From a virus (lineage: Duplodnaviria; Heunggongvirae; Uroviricota; Caudoviricetes): 38,978 nucleotides of DNA. The notes beneath the pieces were generated by a model. It made no database searches, was not told the DNA's origin, and saw nothing but the letters and a program-made list of their open reading frames with translations. A program made the translations under genes and the position numbers. Positions 18,245-28,040 of the stretch are shown one piece after another. The stretch lies in the IMG/VR virus record IMGVR_UViG_2713896784_000029. One strand, 5' to 3'. Position 1 is the stretch's first letter; every line of letters starts with the position of its first letter.

Positions 18245-18420
18245 TTGTTTAAGGTATGCAAATGCATTACCTTACCCCCTTCAGGCGCGTGTCGTGATTT
18301 TCTAACCTGAATTTAACGGGCTTTAAAATCTGCGTGAAGCGCCTTTGTATTTTTCCCCTGAAAGCACTTCCTGAAATCCCGCAAAACCCGCCCTGAAAAT
18401 TCCCGGCTTATGCTGCCGGA

Positions 18421-19545
18421 ATGAAGACGAAAAACACGCCCAAACTTGCTTATGCCATTCTGAATGCCATCAGCCTGTCCGCAGACGGGGACGGTGACTG
18501 GTGTCAGATCATGCCAGCCGGTCGGGTAAAGGCCCGTGACGGTCGCCCGGAAAAACCGGCTGAAGGCTGGCTGATTAACCGTGCGACCGTTGAGCGCATG
18601 GTATCCCGGGTTGTGGCGCTCAATCAGCCGGTAAAAATTGACTACAACCACCAGACCCTGATTAAGGGGCATCAGGCACCGGCTGCCGGTTTTGTGACGG
18701 CTTCACCGGAAAACTTCCGCTTCAGTGAAGAGCGTGGCTTCGAGGTGCGCCCGAAGTGGAACCCTCCGGCCCTTGAACATCTGCGTAATAACGAATTCCC
18801 CTGGTTTTCACCGGTGATTGGCTATGACGAGAGCACCGGCGAACCTGTCGAACTTCGGATGCTGGCTATTACCGGTGACCCCGGTCTGACCGGCATGAAT
18901 CCTGTCGCCGCGCTGTCGGCGGATGACCTTTATAACGCCTTAAACCCTCCTTTAAAGGATACCTCCATGAATGAGCAATTACGCCAGTTGCTGACAGCGC
19001 TCGGTCTGACCGTGGCTGACGGTGACGAATTTACGCCGGAGCTGGGCACGGCGGCGCTGTCTGCCCTCACAGGGATCAAAACCCGCGCGGATGCACACGA
19101 CAACCTGAAAACACAGGTCGCCAGTCTGTCGGCAGAGCTGGAAACCGCAAAAGGCACACCGGCTGGCGGCAGTATTGATCTGACGAAATACGTGCCCGTT
19201 GAAACGTATAACGCCCTGCGTACCGAATACGTTGCGCTGTCGGCACAGCACGGCAGCACCACGCTGGAGCAGGTGCTGGACAAGGCTGAATCCGAAGGGC
19301 GCATCTTCAAAAGCGAACGCGGCTATCTGGAACAACTGGGTGGGCAGATTGGTGTTGCGGCACTTTCTGCACAACTTGACGCCCGACAGCCGGTTGCGGC
19401 CCTGACCGGCCTTCAGACCGACACCGTGACCGTGCCGGATAAAAAGACTGCCACCGCTGCGCTGTCGGCTGAAGATATCGCCGCTGCCCATCTGCTGGGT
19501 AAAACCGAAGCCGAGTTCCTGAAAATGAAAGAGGAAATGCAATAA
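18421..19545 (+). CDS. head protease/scaffold (Mu I-like)
   Basis: 374 aa directly upstream of major head gene; Ala-rich helical C-terminal half typical of scaffold domain. Confidence 0.65.
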   Translation: MKTKNTPKLAYAILNAISLSADGDGDWCQIMPAGRVKARDGRPEKPAEGWLINRATVERMVSRVVALNQPVKIDYNHQTLIKGHQAPAAGFVTASPENFRFSEERGFEVRPKWNPPALEHLRNNEFPWFSPVIGYDESTGEPVELRMLAITGDPGLTGMNPVAALSADDLYNALNPPLKDTSMNEQLRQLLTALGLTVADGDEFTPELGTAALSALTGIKTRADAHDNLKTQVASLSAELETAKGTPAGGSIDLTKYVPVETYNALRTEYVALSAQHGSTTLEQVLDKAESEGRIFKSERGYLEQLGGQIGVAALSAQLDARQPVAALTGLQTDTVTVPDKKTATAALSAEDIAAAHLLGKTEAEFLKMKEEMQ

Positions 19546-20492
19546 TGCCTACCCCGATTACACCGGCGATGATCACCGCCCTGATGACGGGCTACCGTTC
19601 TGATTTTCAGGCCGGGATGTCCATGGCCCCGTCGCAGTACAAAAAAATTGCGATGACCGTGCCCTCCACCTCGAAATCCAACACCTACGGCTGGCTGGGG
19701 CAGTTCCCGCAGTTCCGTGAGTGGATCGGCTCCCGCGTCATCGAGAAGATGAAAGCCTATGGCTATGCCATCGTGAACAAAACTTTTGAAGGCACTGTCG
19801 CCATTAGCCGCGATGACTTCGAAGACGACAACCTCGGTATTTATTCCCCGTTGTTCCAGGAGATGGGGCGCGCTGCGGCGGTACAACCGGATGAGCTGGT
19901 CTTTGCTGCCCTGCGTGACGGGATCAGTGCGGCCTGCTATGACGGTCAGAACTTCTTTGATACCGAACATCCGGTTTACCCCAAAGTGGATGGCTCCGGG
20001 GATGCGCAGATGGTCAGCAATATGTTTGTGGCAAAAACCGGCTCTGTCGGCGCACAGGCTGATTACAGCGGTCCGGCCTGGTATCTGCTTGACTGTTCAC
20101 GCGCGGTAAAACCGCTGATTTATCAGGATCGCCGTAAGGCTGAACTTGTTGCCCAGACCAAAGTCGATGAAGGTCGCGCATTCACCGATAACGAATTTGT
20201 GTTTGGTGCATCCGCCCGTCGCAATGTGGGCTACGGCTTCTGGCAGATGGCCTACATGATGCAGTCACCGCTGACGCTGGATGCACTGTGGCACGGCTGG
20301 TCAGCCATGCGCGAATTTACCGCTGACGGTGGCCGCAAACTCGGCATTAAACCCACCCATATTGTTGTCCCCACCTCGCTGGAAAAACAGGCGGTGCAGT
20401 TGCTGGAGCGTGAACTGTTCGCAGACGGAAACGCAACCGTCTCTAACGAGATGAAGGGCAAGCTGGAGCTGGTTGTCGCGGATTATCTGTAA
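19545..20492 (+). CDS. major head subunit (Mu T-like)
   Basis: 315 aa, start coupled to I stop (ATGCAATAATG); followed by a GC hairpin. Confidence 0.7.
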   Translation: MPTPITPAMITALMTGYRSDFQAGMSMAPSQYKKIAMTVPSTSKSNTYGWLGQFPQFREWIGSRVIEKMKAYGYAIVNKTFEGTVAISRDDFEDDNLGIYSPLFQEMGRAAAVQPDELVFAALRDGISAACYDGQNFFDTEHPVYPKVDGSGDAQMVSNMFVAKTGSVGAQADYSGPAWYLLDCSRAVKPLIYQDRRKAELVAQTKVDEGRAFTDNEFVFGASARRNVGYGFWQMAYMMQSPLTLDALWHGWSAMREFTADGGRKLGIKPTHIVVPTSLEKQAVQLLERELFADGNATVSNEMKGKLELVVADYL

Positions 20493-20499
20493 ACGGTGA

Positions 20500-20518
20500 G
20501 CCGGGCTTACGGCCCGGC
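20500..20518 (+). other. GC-rich hairpin after major head gene
   Basis: GCCGGGC-TTACG-GCCCGGC perfect 7-bp stem; no U-tract, so probably RNA-stabilising or attenuating rather than a full terminator. Confidence 0.35.
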
Positions 20519-20535
20519 CCCTGCGGAGGGCAAAT

Positions 20536-20919
20536 ATGAATGAACATCACACTGTGGCAGCAACAGATGATTCAGGTCTTCAGGTCAGTGGTGACAATTC
20601 TGTCACGGTGCTGGCAGAAGTGCGTTGCAGTCGTTCGGCGTTTCGTCGTGCGGGGTTCCTGTTCACGCGTGGACGTCAGCAGGTTGAGGTCACCCCGGAG
20701 CAGCTTGCCCGACTGGAGGCGGAGCCATGCCTCACTGTGCGAATACTACAGACGTCTGCTGATGATGCGGGGAGCGTGGCGGGTGTGGTTCATGCAGTGG
20801 CCTGTACAGATTTAGCCGAAGCCGAAGCCGAAGCCGAAGCCGAAGCCGAAGCCGGACAGGATGCTCCCCGGAAAAAGACCGGTAACAAAGCGAAACAGGC
20901 GAAAAAGGCCCGCGCATGA
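20536..20919 (+). CDS. hypothetical head-region protein with (Ala-Glu)6 linker and basic C-terminal tail
   Basis: 127 aa; RBS GGAGGG; contains AEAEAEAEAEAEAG encoded by (GCCGAA)6, then KKTGNKAKQAKKARA. Confidence 0.45.
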   Translation: MNEHHTVAATDDSGLQVSGDNSVTVLAEVRCSRSAFRRAGFLFTRGRQQVEVTPEQLARLEAEPCLTVRILQTSADDAGSVAGVVHAVACTDLAEAEAEAEAEAEAGQDAPRKKTGNKAKQAKKARA

Positions 20920-21335
20920 ATTACGCCACTGAAACCGATATGCGGGCGCGTTACCGCGAGGATTTGCTCAGGCCGTTACTGGCTGTGCCCCGTTCGGATG
21001 AGCCGGACACGCGCAAGCTGAACCGGGCGCTGACAGATGCGTCAGCCCTTATCGACAGCTATCTGTCCGCCCGTTACACGTTGCCGCTGGAGGTTATTCC
21101 GGCCGTTCTTGTTCAGCACTGTTGCGCGATTGCCTTTTATTACCTGTGCGATCAGCGAGCCTCCGATCAGGTGCGTGACCGTTACCGTGAAGCGCTGGCC
21201 TGGCTGAAAGATGTCATGAACGGCAATGTGCCGGTCGGTGTGGATACGAACGGTGCGGCCCCTGAATCCGGGGATTTACCACTGGTTCAGTCTGATGCAG
21301 CGGTATTCGGGCGCAACCAGAAGGGCTTCATATGA
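20916..21335 (+). CDS. head-tail connector-like protein (Mu gp36 position)
   Basis: 139 aa, overlapping start, position after major head gene. Confidence 0.5.
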   Translation: MNYATETDMRARYREDLLRPLLAVPRSDEPDTRKLNRALTDASALIDSYLSARYTLPLEVIPAVLVQHCCAIAFYYLCDQRASDQVRDRYREALAWLKDVMNGNVPVGVDTNGAAPESGDLPLVQSDAAVFGRNQKGFI

Positions 21336-21892
21336 TTACGGAAACCGAACAGGCATACATCGCCCGTATCCGTGAGTATTTCGGGAATGAACTTGTGTCT
21401 GTTGACACGCATCCCGGCGACTGGAGCGACGGCGTACTGCGCAGCATGCTGATTAACGCCCCGGCGATCTACGTTGCCTGGCTGGGTGCCGGTGAAGGCC
21501 GTACCCGTGGTCGCCTGGTCAGTCACTGGGTGTTCTACGTCATCGGCGACATGCTCAACGGGCGTGAGGCCAGCCGTCCCGGACTGTATCAGATTGTGGC
21601 CCGGCTGATTGCCGTGCTTAACGGCTTCAGAACAGAAAAAACCTCACCGCTTTACTTTGAAAAGGCTGTCAACGGTTACACCGAAACCCAGGCGAACAGT
21701 GGTGCGGTGATGTATGCGCTTTATTTCTCCTGCGAGGAAATGATCGCACCACTGACCGATATCAGCTCGCTGGATGATTTCCTGCGTCATTACGAAACCT
21801 TTGTGGAGCCGCCCGGTACGCCGCCGTTTGAGGCACATATTGATTTGCCGGGGAACACGACAACGGCGGTCGAACCGCCGGAGGAACTGTAA
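21332..21892 (+). CDS. head/tail completion protein (Mu gp37 position)
   Basis: 186 aa, translationally coupled (ATGA overlap). Confidence 0.5.
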   Translation: MITETEQAYIARIREYFGNELVSVDTHPGDWSDGVLRSMLINAPAIYVAWLGAGEGRTRGRLVSHWVFYVIGDMLNGREASRPGLYQIVARLIAVLNGFRTEKTSPLYFEKAVNGYTETQANSGAVMYALYFSCEEMIAPLTDISSLDDFLRHYETFVEPPGTPPFEAHIDLPGNTTTAVEPPEEL

Positions 21893-22138
21893 ATGAAAAC
21901 CATCTTTATCAAACCCGCGCCGGGACGCCTGATTCGTGATCCCGACACAATGCGCCCGCTGGCACAGGAGGGGGAGGAAAAGCCCTTTACGCCGTTCTGG
22001 TGTCGGCGTCTTGATGACGGCGATGTCATTCAGGCTGAAAAAGCCGCTGAAGAGGCTCCGGCTGTATCTGCGGATGCAACGACTGCGACAGAAAAACCGG
22101 TCGCCCAACCGGCATCCGATAAGGAGAAACCGCAATGA
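21893..22138 (+). CDS. small acidic protein preceding tail sheath
   Basis: 81 aa with GGAGG RBS; Ala/Glu/Pro-rich C-terminus. Confidence 0.45.
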   Translation: MKTIFIKPAPGRLIRDPDTMRPLAQEGEEKPFTPFWCRRLDDGDVIQAEKAAEEAPAVSADATTATEKPVAQPASDKEKPQ

Positions 22139-23637
22139 TTAATTTTGACGGGATCGGTAATGACCGCCGTATACCGCTGATTGAGGTTGAGTTTAATAAC
22201 TCCATGGCTGTCACCGGCACTCCGGCACAGCGTCAGTGTGTGCTGCTGTTTGGTCAGGCGAGAATGAAAGAGAATGCCGTGGACGGTGCCGGTGTTCTGG
22301 ATGTTCCGGTCAGGATCACCCGTGCGTCTCAGGCAACAGAACTCTGGGGGCGCGGCTCCATGATTGCCCTGATGGTGGCGGAATTTATCGCCATCAATCC
22401 TGATGCTGAACTGTATGCCATTGCTCAGGGGAACGGCACCGGACAGGCAACGGCTGCGGCCATGAATCTGACCGGAACGGTCACCCGTGACGGGATTGTT
22501 TATGCCTGCGTGGGGGGGCGGCGTTATACACTCCCGGCACCAAAAGGTAAGAAAGGCAAAGAACTGACCGACGAGCTGGCCGCGCTGATCAATGCCGATC
22601 CTGACGCGCCCTTCACGGCCTCCTCTGGTGCAGGAAGTGGTGATAATGGCGCAGGTCTGAAAGGGTCTCTGGGGATCACCGCCCGCTTTACCGGTGAATG
22701 CTCCGTTCATGATGTGCGCCTGAACTATTACGACGGGGAAGCAACCCCGGAAGGAATACAGGTCGCTATAGCCTATCCGAAACAAAAAGCGGCTAACCCG
22801 GATATCACCCGAAGCGTGGCGGGGATGGGCGATCGCCAGTACAACTATGTCGTCATGCCCTATAAGGATGATGCAAACCTGAAAATCATCAGTGATGAGC
22901 TTCTGAAACGCTGGGGACCGGCCAAAATGTCTGACGGCGTGCTGTGGCTGGCACATACCGGCACGTTTGGTGAGGTGCAGGCATTCGGGGCAAAACGCAA
23001 TGATTTTCTGGCGACCTGCACATCCATTCCCAAAGCCCCTGAACCGGATTACCTCTGGGCAGCGGCGGTCTGTGCCACCTGTGCACCCTCTCTGGGAGCA
23101 GATCCTGCGCGTCCGCTTCAGACGCTGGCGCTTCCGTCACGCATGGCCCCGGCTCCGGCCGATCGTCTGACGCGTGAAGAGCGTAACAGTCTGCTGTGGG
23201 GAGGGATTGCCACGGTCAGTGTGGCTGCCGGTGATGTGGTTCAGATCGAACGTCAGGTGACCATGTATCGCCAGAACGTGTACGGCGAAAGTGATCCCAG
23301 CTATCTGGATGTGGAAACCATCTACACCCTCTCCTGGCTGCGTTATTCCCTGCGTACTTTTATCACACAACGTTTTCCGCGCCATAAACTGGCTGATGAC
23401 GGGACGCCCGTTCGTGCCGGTCAGAATATCGTGACGCCGGAGATCATGAAGCTTCAGTTAATTTCGCTGGGTGAAGAGTGGGTGGAACTCGGGCTGGTCG
23501 AAAATCTGGACACCTTTAAAAAGAATCTGCTTGTGGAGCGTAATGCGTCAGATCGAAACCGTCTTGACGTGTTATGCACGCCGGATCTGGTTAACCAGTT
23601 CCGCTTCCTGGCAGCACAGATCCGTTTCATTTTGTGA
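22135..23637 (+). CDS. contractile tail sheath protein (Mu L-like)
   Basis: 500 aa directly upstream of a ~120-aa tube gene; AAGGAGAAA RBS. Confidence 0.8.
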   Translation: MINFDGIGNDRRIPLIEVEFNNSMAVTGTPAQRQCVLLFGQARMKENAVDGAGVLDVPVRITRASQATELWGRGSMIALMVAEFIAINPDAELYAIAQGNGTGQATAAAMNLTGTVTRDGIVYACVGGRRYTLPAPKGKKGKELTDELAALINADPDAPFTASSGAGSGDNGAGLKGSLGITARFTGECSVHDVRLNYYDGEATPEGIQVAIAYPKQKAANPDITRSVAGMGDRQYNYVVMPYKDDANLKIISDELLKRWGPAKMSDGVLWLAHTGTFGEVQAFGAKRNDFLATCTSIPKAPEPDYLWAAAVCATCAPSLGADPARPLQTLALPSRMAPAPADRLTREERNSLLWGGIATVSVAAGDVVQIERQVTMYRQNVYGESDPSYLDVETIYTLSWLRYSLRTFITQRFPRHKLADDGTPVRAGQNIVTPEIMKLQLISLGEEWVELGLVENLDTFKKNLLVERNASDRNRLDVLCTPDLVNQFRFLAAQIRFIL

Positions 23638-23645
23638 GGTAAGGC

Positions 23646-24011
23646 ATGAGCGGAAAACAGTATCAGGGTACGGCCACTATCCGTGTGAACGGTCAGGAAT
23701 ACGAGACGCTTGAGGGGGCTACATTTTCTCCGTCTGGTTTTGAACGTGAAGTGGTGAAAGGCGCGAAAGTCTATGGTTACCGCCAGAAACCACGTGAAGC
23801 GACGCTGGACTGCAAATTTCCGGCAGGCGGAGAAGGTTCACCAGCCGCCGATGAAATCAACAACTGGACTGCGGTCACTATCGAGTTTGTGGCGGATACC
23901 GGCGAAGTCCACATGATGACGAAGGCCTGGAGCAGTGAACCGGCCTCGCTTGACGGTGGCGGGGAGATCTCCGTGAAGTTCGCCAGCGCCTCCAGTACCC
24001 GTGTTCAGTGA
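23646..24011 (+). CDS. tail tube protein (Mu M-like)
   Basis: 121 aa following sheath gene. Confidence 0.7.
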   Translation: MSGKQYQGTATIRVNGQEYETLEGATFSPSGFEREVVKGAKVYGYRQKPREATLDCKFPAGGEGSPAADEINNWTAVTIEFVADTGEVHMMTKAWSSEPASLDGGGEISVKFASASSTRVQ

Positions 24012-24502
24012 TCAGGAAAAATAAAATGACCACACGTAAGAAAAAAACGGCAGTTTCCGAGGCAGCCGTGATGGAGGCAATCCGGGAAGCACTTGAGGGG
24101 GCTGATCCACGCACTGCCGGGCTGACAGAGCAACTGGCAAAGGGATATGTGGATCTGCTTGATGGTCTGCCGTTTGGTGAGACCCGTGAATATCGTGTCA
24201 CGTTCCGGGAACTGACAGCGAAAGACAGTATTGACGCAGAAGCAGAAGCCGAGCGCGTGGTGGAGACAAACAATGGCCCGATGCTGATAGCGTCTCCGTC
24301 GTTACGCGGTGTTGCACTGCTGCGCCGTCAGATTGCCGCAGTGGGAGACATTGAAGGTCCGTTGTCACCCCGTCAGATTGGACAGTTAAGCGAGCGCGAT
24401 CTCTCCCGCCTGATGGCAGCGGTCAGCCTGCTGGATACCGCGCTTGCCGGAAAGCTGGCAGCTGACCGGGGGCGATCAGGCGCAGTGTCGGGATCAGATT
24501 GA
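24008..24502 (+). CDS. tail assembly chaperone (between tube and tape measure)
   Basis: 164 aa; an overlapping second-frame ORF (24444-24626) fills the gap to the tape-measure start, the typical two-ORF chaperone layout. Confidence 0.5.
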   Translation: MIRKNKMTTRKKKTAVSEAAVMEAIREALEGADPRTAGLTEQLAKGYVDLLDGLPFGETREYRVTFRELTAKDSIDAEAEAERVVETNNGPMLIASPSLRGVALLRRQIAAVGDIEGPLSPRQIGQLSERDLSRLMAAVSLLDTALAGKLAADRGRSGAVSGSD

Positions 24503-24628
24503 AGAAGCGGCAATTATCCTGGGGATGGTGACAAAAAGCGGTCCGGAATGGGCGCTTAACCTCCCCCTGTCGCAACTTTACCGGCACTGCCGACAGACAG
24601 AAAAAATCATCAGAACGAAGCAGTAAGT

Positions 24629-26704
24629 ATGGCCCGAAATCTCAGAGCATCTCTGATAGTTGATTTGCTCGGCAATATCTCAGCCAAATCCCGCCAGTGG
24701 TCACAGGAGCTGGGGGCATTCTCACGCTCCGGCCAGGCGGGGCTGGGTGGCCTGGGAAATGCTGCCCGCCGTGCCGGGCAGGAAACAGATGTACTCGGAA
24801 GCAGGATGCAGCGCACGCTGGCCGGGGTGCGGGGCAGTATCCGCCATGTCACTTCTGATTTTGACCGTCTTCAGGGCAGTATTACCGGCACCATCGGGCG
24901 GATCAGCAATCTTTACGGAATGCTGGCCGGTGGTGCTGCTGTATATGGCTTTAACCGGGGATTTATTCGCCCGGCAGCGGAGATGGAAACCTATATGATT
25001 CGCCTGAACTCCCTTTACAAAGGGGATCGGGCGAAAACTGATGATGTCCGCAGGTGGGCAATACAGAATGCGAAGGAAACCACCTGGGGGCTGGCTGGCG
25101 TCATGCAGGAATATACGTCCAGTCTGGGCTTTGGTATGAGTGACAGGGAGGCCCGAAATTTTGTCACCATGCTTCAGGATCAGGGTGCCGTGGGCGGCTG
25201 GTCACTGTCCGATGCACAGGGGGCATCCCTGCAACTGAAACAGATGTATGCAAGAGGCAGTATTCAGGCGGCGGATGCAAATATTCTTGCCACCTACGGC
25301 ATTAATGCCTACCGCGTGCTGGCTGATCGTCTGGGTGTGGACCAGAAAGTGGTCAGAAAACTTGGTGAAAAAGGGCTGCTTGGGCCGGACAGTATTCGCC
25401 TGTTATTTCAGACGCTGGCGGAACAGGCCAGGGGAGCACAAAAGGACGCAATGAATTCCTGGAGTGGCCTGACGGCCATGATGGGTGACGTCTGGGATCA
25501 GTTTGCCCGGGATGTGATGGACAGTGGGCCATTTGAAAAACTGAAGGGTAATCTCAGGGGATTTCTTTCATGGGTTGACAGTGCCAAATCTGATGGCAGT
25601 TACCATTCCCTGGCGGAAAGCACGGCATCAGCCATGAACCAGGGCTTTGAGTATGCCCGTGATGCAGTGACAGGGTTTTATCAGGCGATCAGAAAGGTAC
25701 GCGACACGCTTCAGGCTCTGCGGGATGCGGGCTATGGTGATGCGCTGGATCGCATTGGTCAGGGGGCACAGACCGCCGCGAAATACCTGCTGTACATGTA
25801 TCTCGCCACCCGTGCCCTGAAAATGGCGCGGGCTGTCGGAACGGGGATTATACGTCCGGGTGCTGCATTGCTGGGATACGGATTATCAGCGGCGGCCTTC
25901 CTGACCTCACCTTTCCGGCGCTCTCCTCCGGCCGGAACACCACCAGGCACATCTCAGGGACGAGGGCAACGTTTTATAAACTTTCTTACCGGGGTAAATC
26001 CGGCAGCCGTTCAGCCAGTACTTGTAACAAACTGGCCCACAGGAGGACTGTCCGGCACCGGCGCGACCGATACATCCTCAGGCGGACGTCAGGGGCGGGG
26101 CCGCAGGAAACGCGGACCGGGGCGCGGAAGGCCGGTCACGCCTCCCCTGCCACCGTCCCCAGTGCCACCGTCTCCCTCTTCTGGTGGGGCAGGGTTCTGG
26201 GGGCGCATGATGGGGCGCGCCGGTGGGTTACTTTCGTCTGTCGGTAGCCGCATGGGGCTGGGGCGTTTCTCCGGCTTTTTCCGCAGTGCCGGTGGACTGG
26301 CCGGCCGGCTGGGTGGAGGTGCCCTGTGGGCTGGCGCGATGGCAGCCCCGGTTCTGCTGGATGGCAGCGCCAGTGCCACAGACAAGGGAGAAGCGGTCGG
26401 CTCTCTTGCAGGCAGTATTGCCGGTGGTGCGCTGGGGGCGGCAGCCGGACCTGTGGGGATTGCCATTGGTTCTACGGTGGGCAGCTATCTCGGTAACTAT
26501 CTGGGGGGATGGCTGACTGAAGCCTGGCAGAAATTACGGGGCAGTGATGATGAAAGCAGTGGACAGGCGGTACAAAAAGCCTCTGCCCGTGTGGAGCTGG
26601 TTGCCCCGGAAGGGTGGCAGGCTCGCAGTATTGATATTGATGACACGTCCGGTCACGGACTGGATGTGAATGTCTGGAACGGAGGGAATTATGGCCTCTG
26701 GTGA
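24629..26704 (+). CDS. tail tape measure protein
   Basis: 691 aa with helical N-terminal half and long Gly/Ala/Pro-rich low-complexity C-terminal region; position after chaperone. Confidence 0.8.
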   Translation: MARNLRASLIVDLLGNISAKSRQWSQELGAFSRSGQAGLGGLGNAARRAGQETDVLGSRMQRTLAGVRGSIRHVTSDFDRLQGSITGTIGRISNLYGMLAGGAAVYGFNRGFIRPAAEMETYMIRLNSLYKGDRAKTDDVRRWAIQNAKETTWGLAGVMQEYTSSLGFGMSDREARNFVTMLQDQGAVGGWSLSDAQGASLQLKQMYARGSIQAADANILATYGINAYRVLADRLGVDQKVVRKLGEKGLLGPDSIRLLFQTLAEQARGAQKDAMNSWSGLTAMMGDVWDQFARDVMDSGPFEKLKGNLRGFLSWVDSAKSDGSYHSLAESTASAMNQGFEYARDAVTGFYQAIRKVRDTLQALRDAGYGDALDRIGQGAQTAAKYLLYMYLATRALKMARAVGTGIIRPGAALLGYGLSAAAFLTSPFRRSPPAGTPPGTSQGRGQRFINFLTGVNPAAVQPVLVTNWPTGGLSGTGATDTSSGGRQGRGRRKRGPGRGRPVTPPLPPSPVPPSPSSGGAGFWGRMMGRAGGLLSSVGSRMGLGRFSGFFRSAGGLAGRLGGGALWAGAMAAPVLLDGSASATDKGEAVGSLAGSIAGGALGAAAGPVGIAIGSTVGSYLGNYLGGWLTEAWQKLRGSDDESSGQAVQKASARVELVAPEGWQARSIDIDDTSGHGLDVNVWNGGNYGLW

Positions 26705-28040
26705 CGGTCGTGGTGCGTTCCGTGGTGTGCCGTTCCTCGTCTGGCGTGAGCAGCGCGAACGTGGCGGGCGAAACATTGTCCGTCGGGAATATCCGTTACG
26801 GGAAACCGGTGGTGCAGACGATCTGGGACCTAAACTGGCTGAATTTACGTTCAGTGTACTTGTGATGGGGGATGATGTTCAGACACAGCGAAATCGTCTG
26901 CGTGATGCCCTTCGTGCTCCCGGTGCCGGGGAGCTGCTTCACCCGGATTACGGCACGTTAAATGTGCTGATAAACAGCTTTGAAAGTCGTTATAACGCTG
27001 CTGAACAGGGCGTGGTTGAGTTCACCATTAATGTCACGCCGGTAAGTGATGATACCGCACCTGCTGTCACACAGGACACGGCCGCCATTCTGGAGCAGAA
27101 GAGTACCACCGCGCTCGGGAAGGTTTTTGAAACCCTGGAAGCGGGCTGGACGGTGATTTCTGACGGAATGCACGATGTCCAGGCAATGACCGAAACCATC
27201 AGCGATAAGGTGTCCGCCCTGGAAAATGCCGTTTCCGGCATGGGGATTGTACAGGATATCAGTGCCTTTACTGCCACGTTCACGGCGCTGAAAGGGAATG
27301 CCACGGCATTACTGACAGCACCTTCCCGCATGGCCTCATCTTTTGCGGGGCTTTTCAGTGCCCTGATCACCCTGCCATCGCTGCCGTCACTGTCTTCAGG
27401 AGGCCTGAATACCCGGCCCGGTGGCAGTATCGGCCGGACGACATCCGCCGTCTCTCAGGGAATGCCGCAACTGTACAGGACATTATCTTCCCTGCGTTAC
27501 GTGCTGGATGAGCAGGATAATCCGCAGACTCTCATCGGTCTGACACCGGCAGCACAAAAGAATATTCGTCTGATACGGGCGGTAATGCAGAGTGCTGCCG
27601 TGGTGGCCCAGGCACAGACCGTGGGAAAACTGCTGGATCAGGTTCTCAGTCAGGAAACCCTGCCGGACAGTGACGCAGCCCACCGTACCTGGCCTGTCTG
27701 GCTGGAAAGTTCAGTTGATCTTCAGCGCATTAACCGTGACTTAAGCGAAGCGCTCGAACGGCAGGTGATGACACTGTCCGGGCAGGGGTATACCGCCACG
27801 GCGCTGACGCTTCGTGATGCCAGACTGGCACTGACAGAGGATCTGAATACACGGGGAGTTCAGCTACCCGGTGCAACAGTAGTGACTGTACGTACCACCG
27901 AGCCTGCACTGGTGACCCTGTACCGTGCCACCGGGAACAGTACCGGCTGGCAACGTTTTGTGCGCCGTAACGGTATTGTTGATCCGCTGTTCATTCCCGG
28001 AGGCCATTCAGTGGAGGTGATTAGTGAGCAGCAGGGTTGA
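26691..28040 (+). CDS. Mu P-like tail/DNA circularisation protein
   Basis: ATG 26691 after GGAGGG RBS, overlapping tape-measure 3' end; position as Mu P. Confidence 0.65.
   Translation: MASGDGRGAFRGVPFLVWREQRERGGRNIVRREYPLRETGGADDLGPKLAEFTFSVLVMGDDVQTQRNRLRDALRAPGAGELLHPDYGTLNVLINSFESRYNAAEQGVVEFTINVTPVSDDTAPAVTQDTAAILEQKSTTALGKVFETLEAGWTVISDGMHDVQAMTETISDKVSALENAVSGMGIVQDISAFTATFTALKGNATALLTAPSRMASSFAGLFSALITLPSLPSLSSGGLNTRPGGSIGRTTSAVSQGMPQLYRTLSSLRYVLDEQDNPQTLIGLTPAAQKNIRLIRAVMQSAAVVAQAQTVGKLLDQVLSQETLPDSDAAHRTWPVWLESSVDLQRINRDLSEALERQVMTLSGQGYTATALTLRDARLALTEDLNTRGVQLPGATVVTVRTTEPALVTLYRATGNSTGWQRFVRRNGIVDPLFIPGGHSVEVISEQQG

Noticed and set aside
20815-20850. Tandem repeat considered as a CRISPR or minisatellite array
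   Set aside because: Unit is only 6 bp with no spacers and lies in-frame inside an ORF; it is a coding simple-sequence repeat.
22030-22956. 308-aa minus-strand ORF
   Set aside because: Lies entirely antisense to the tail sheath gene, which has strong positional and RBS support; composition looks like antisense read-through.
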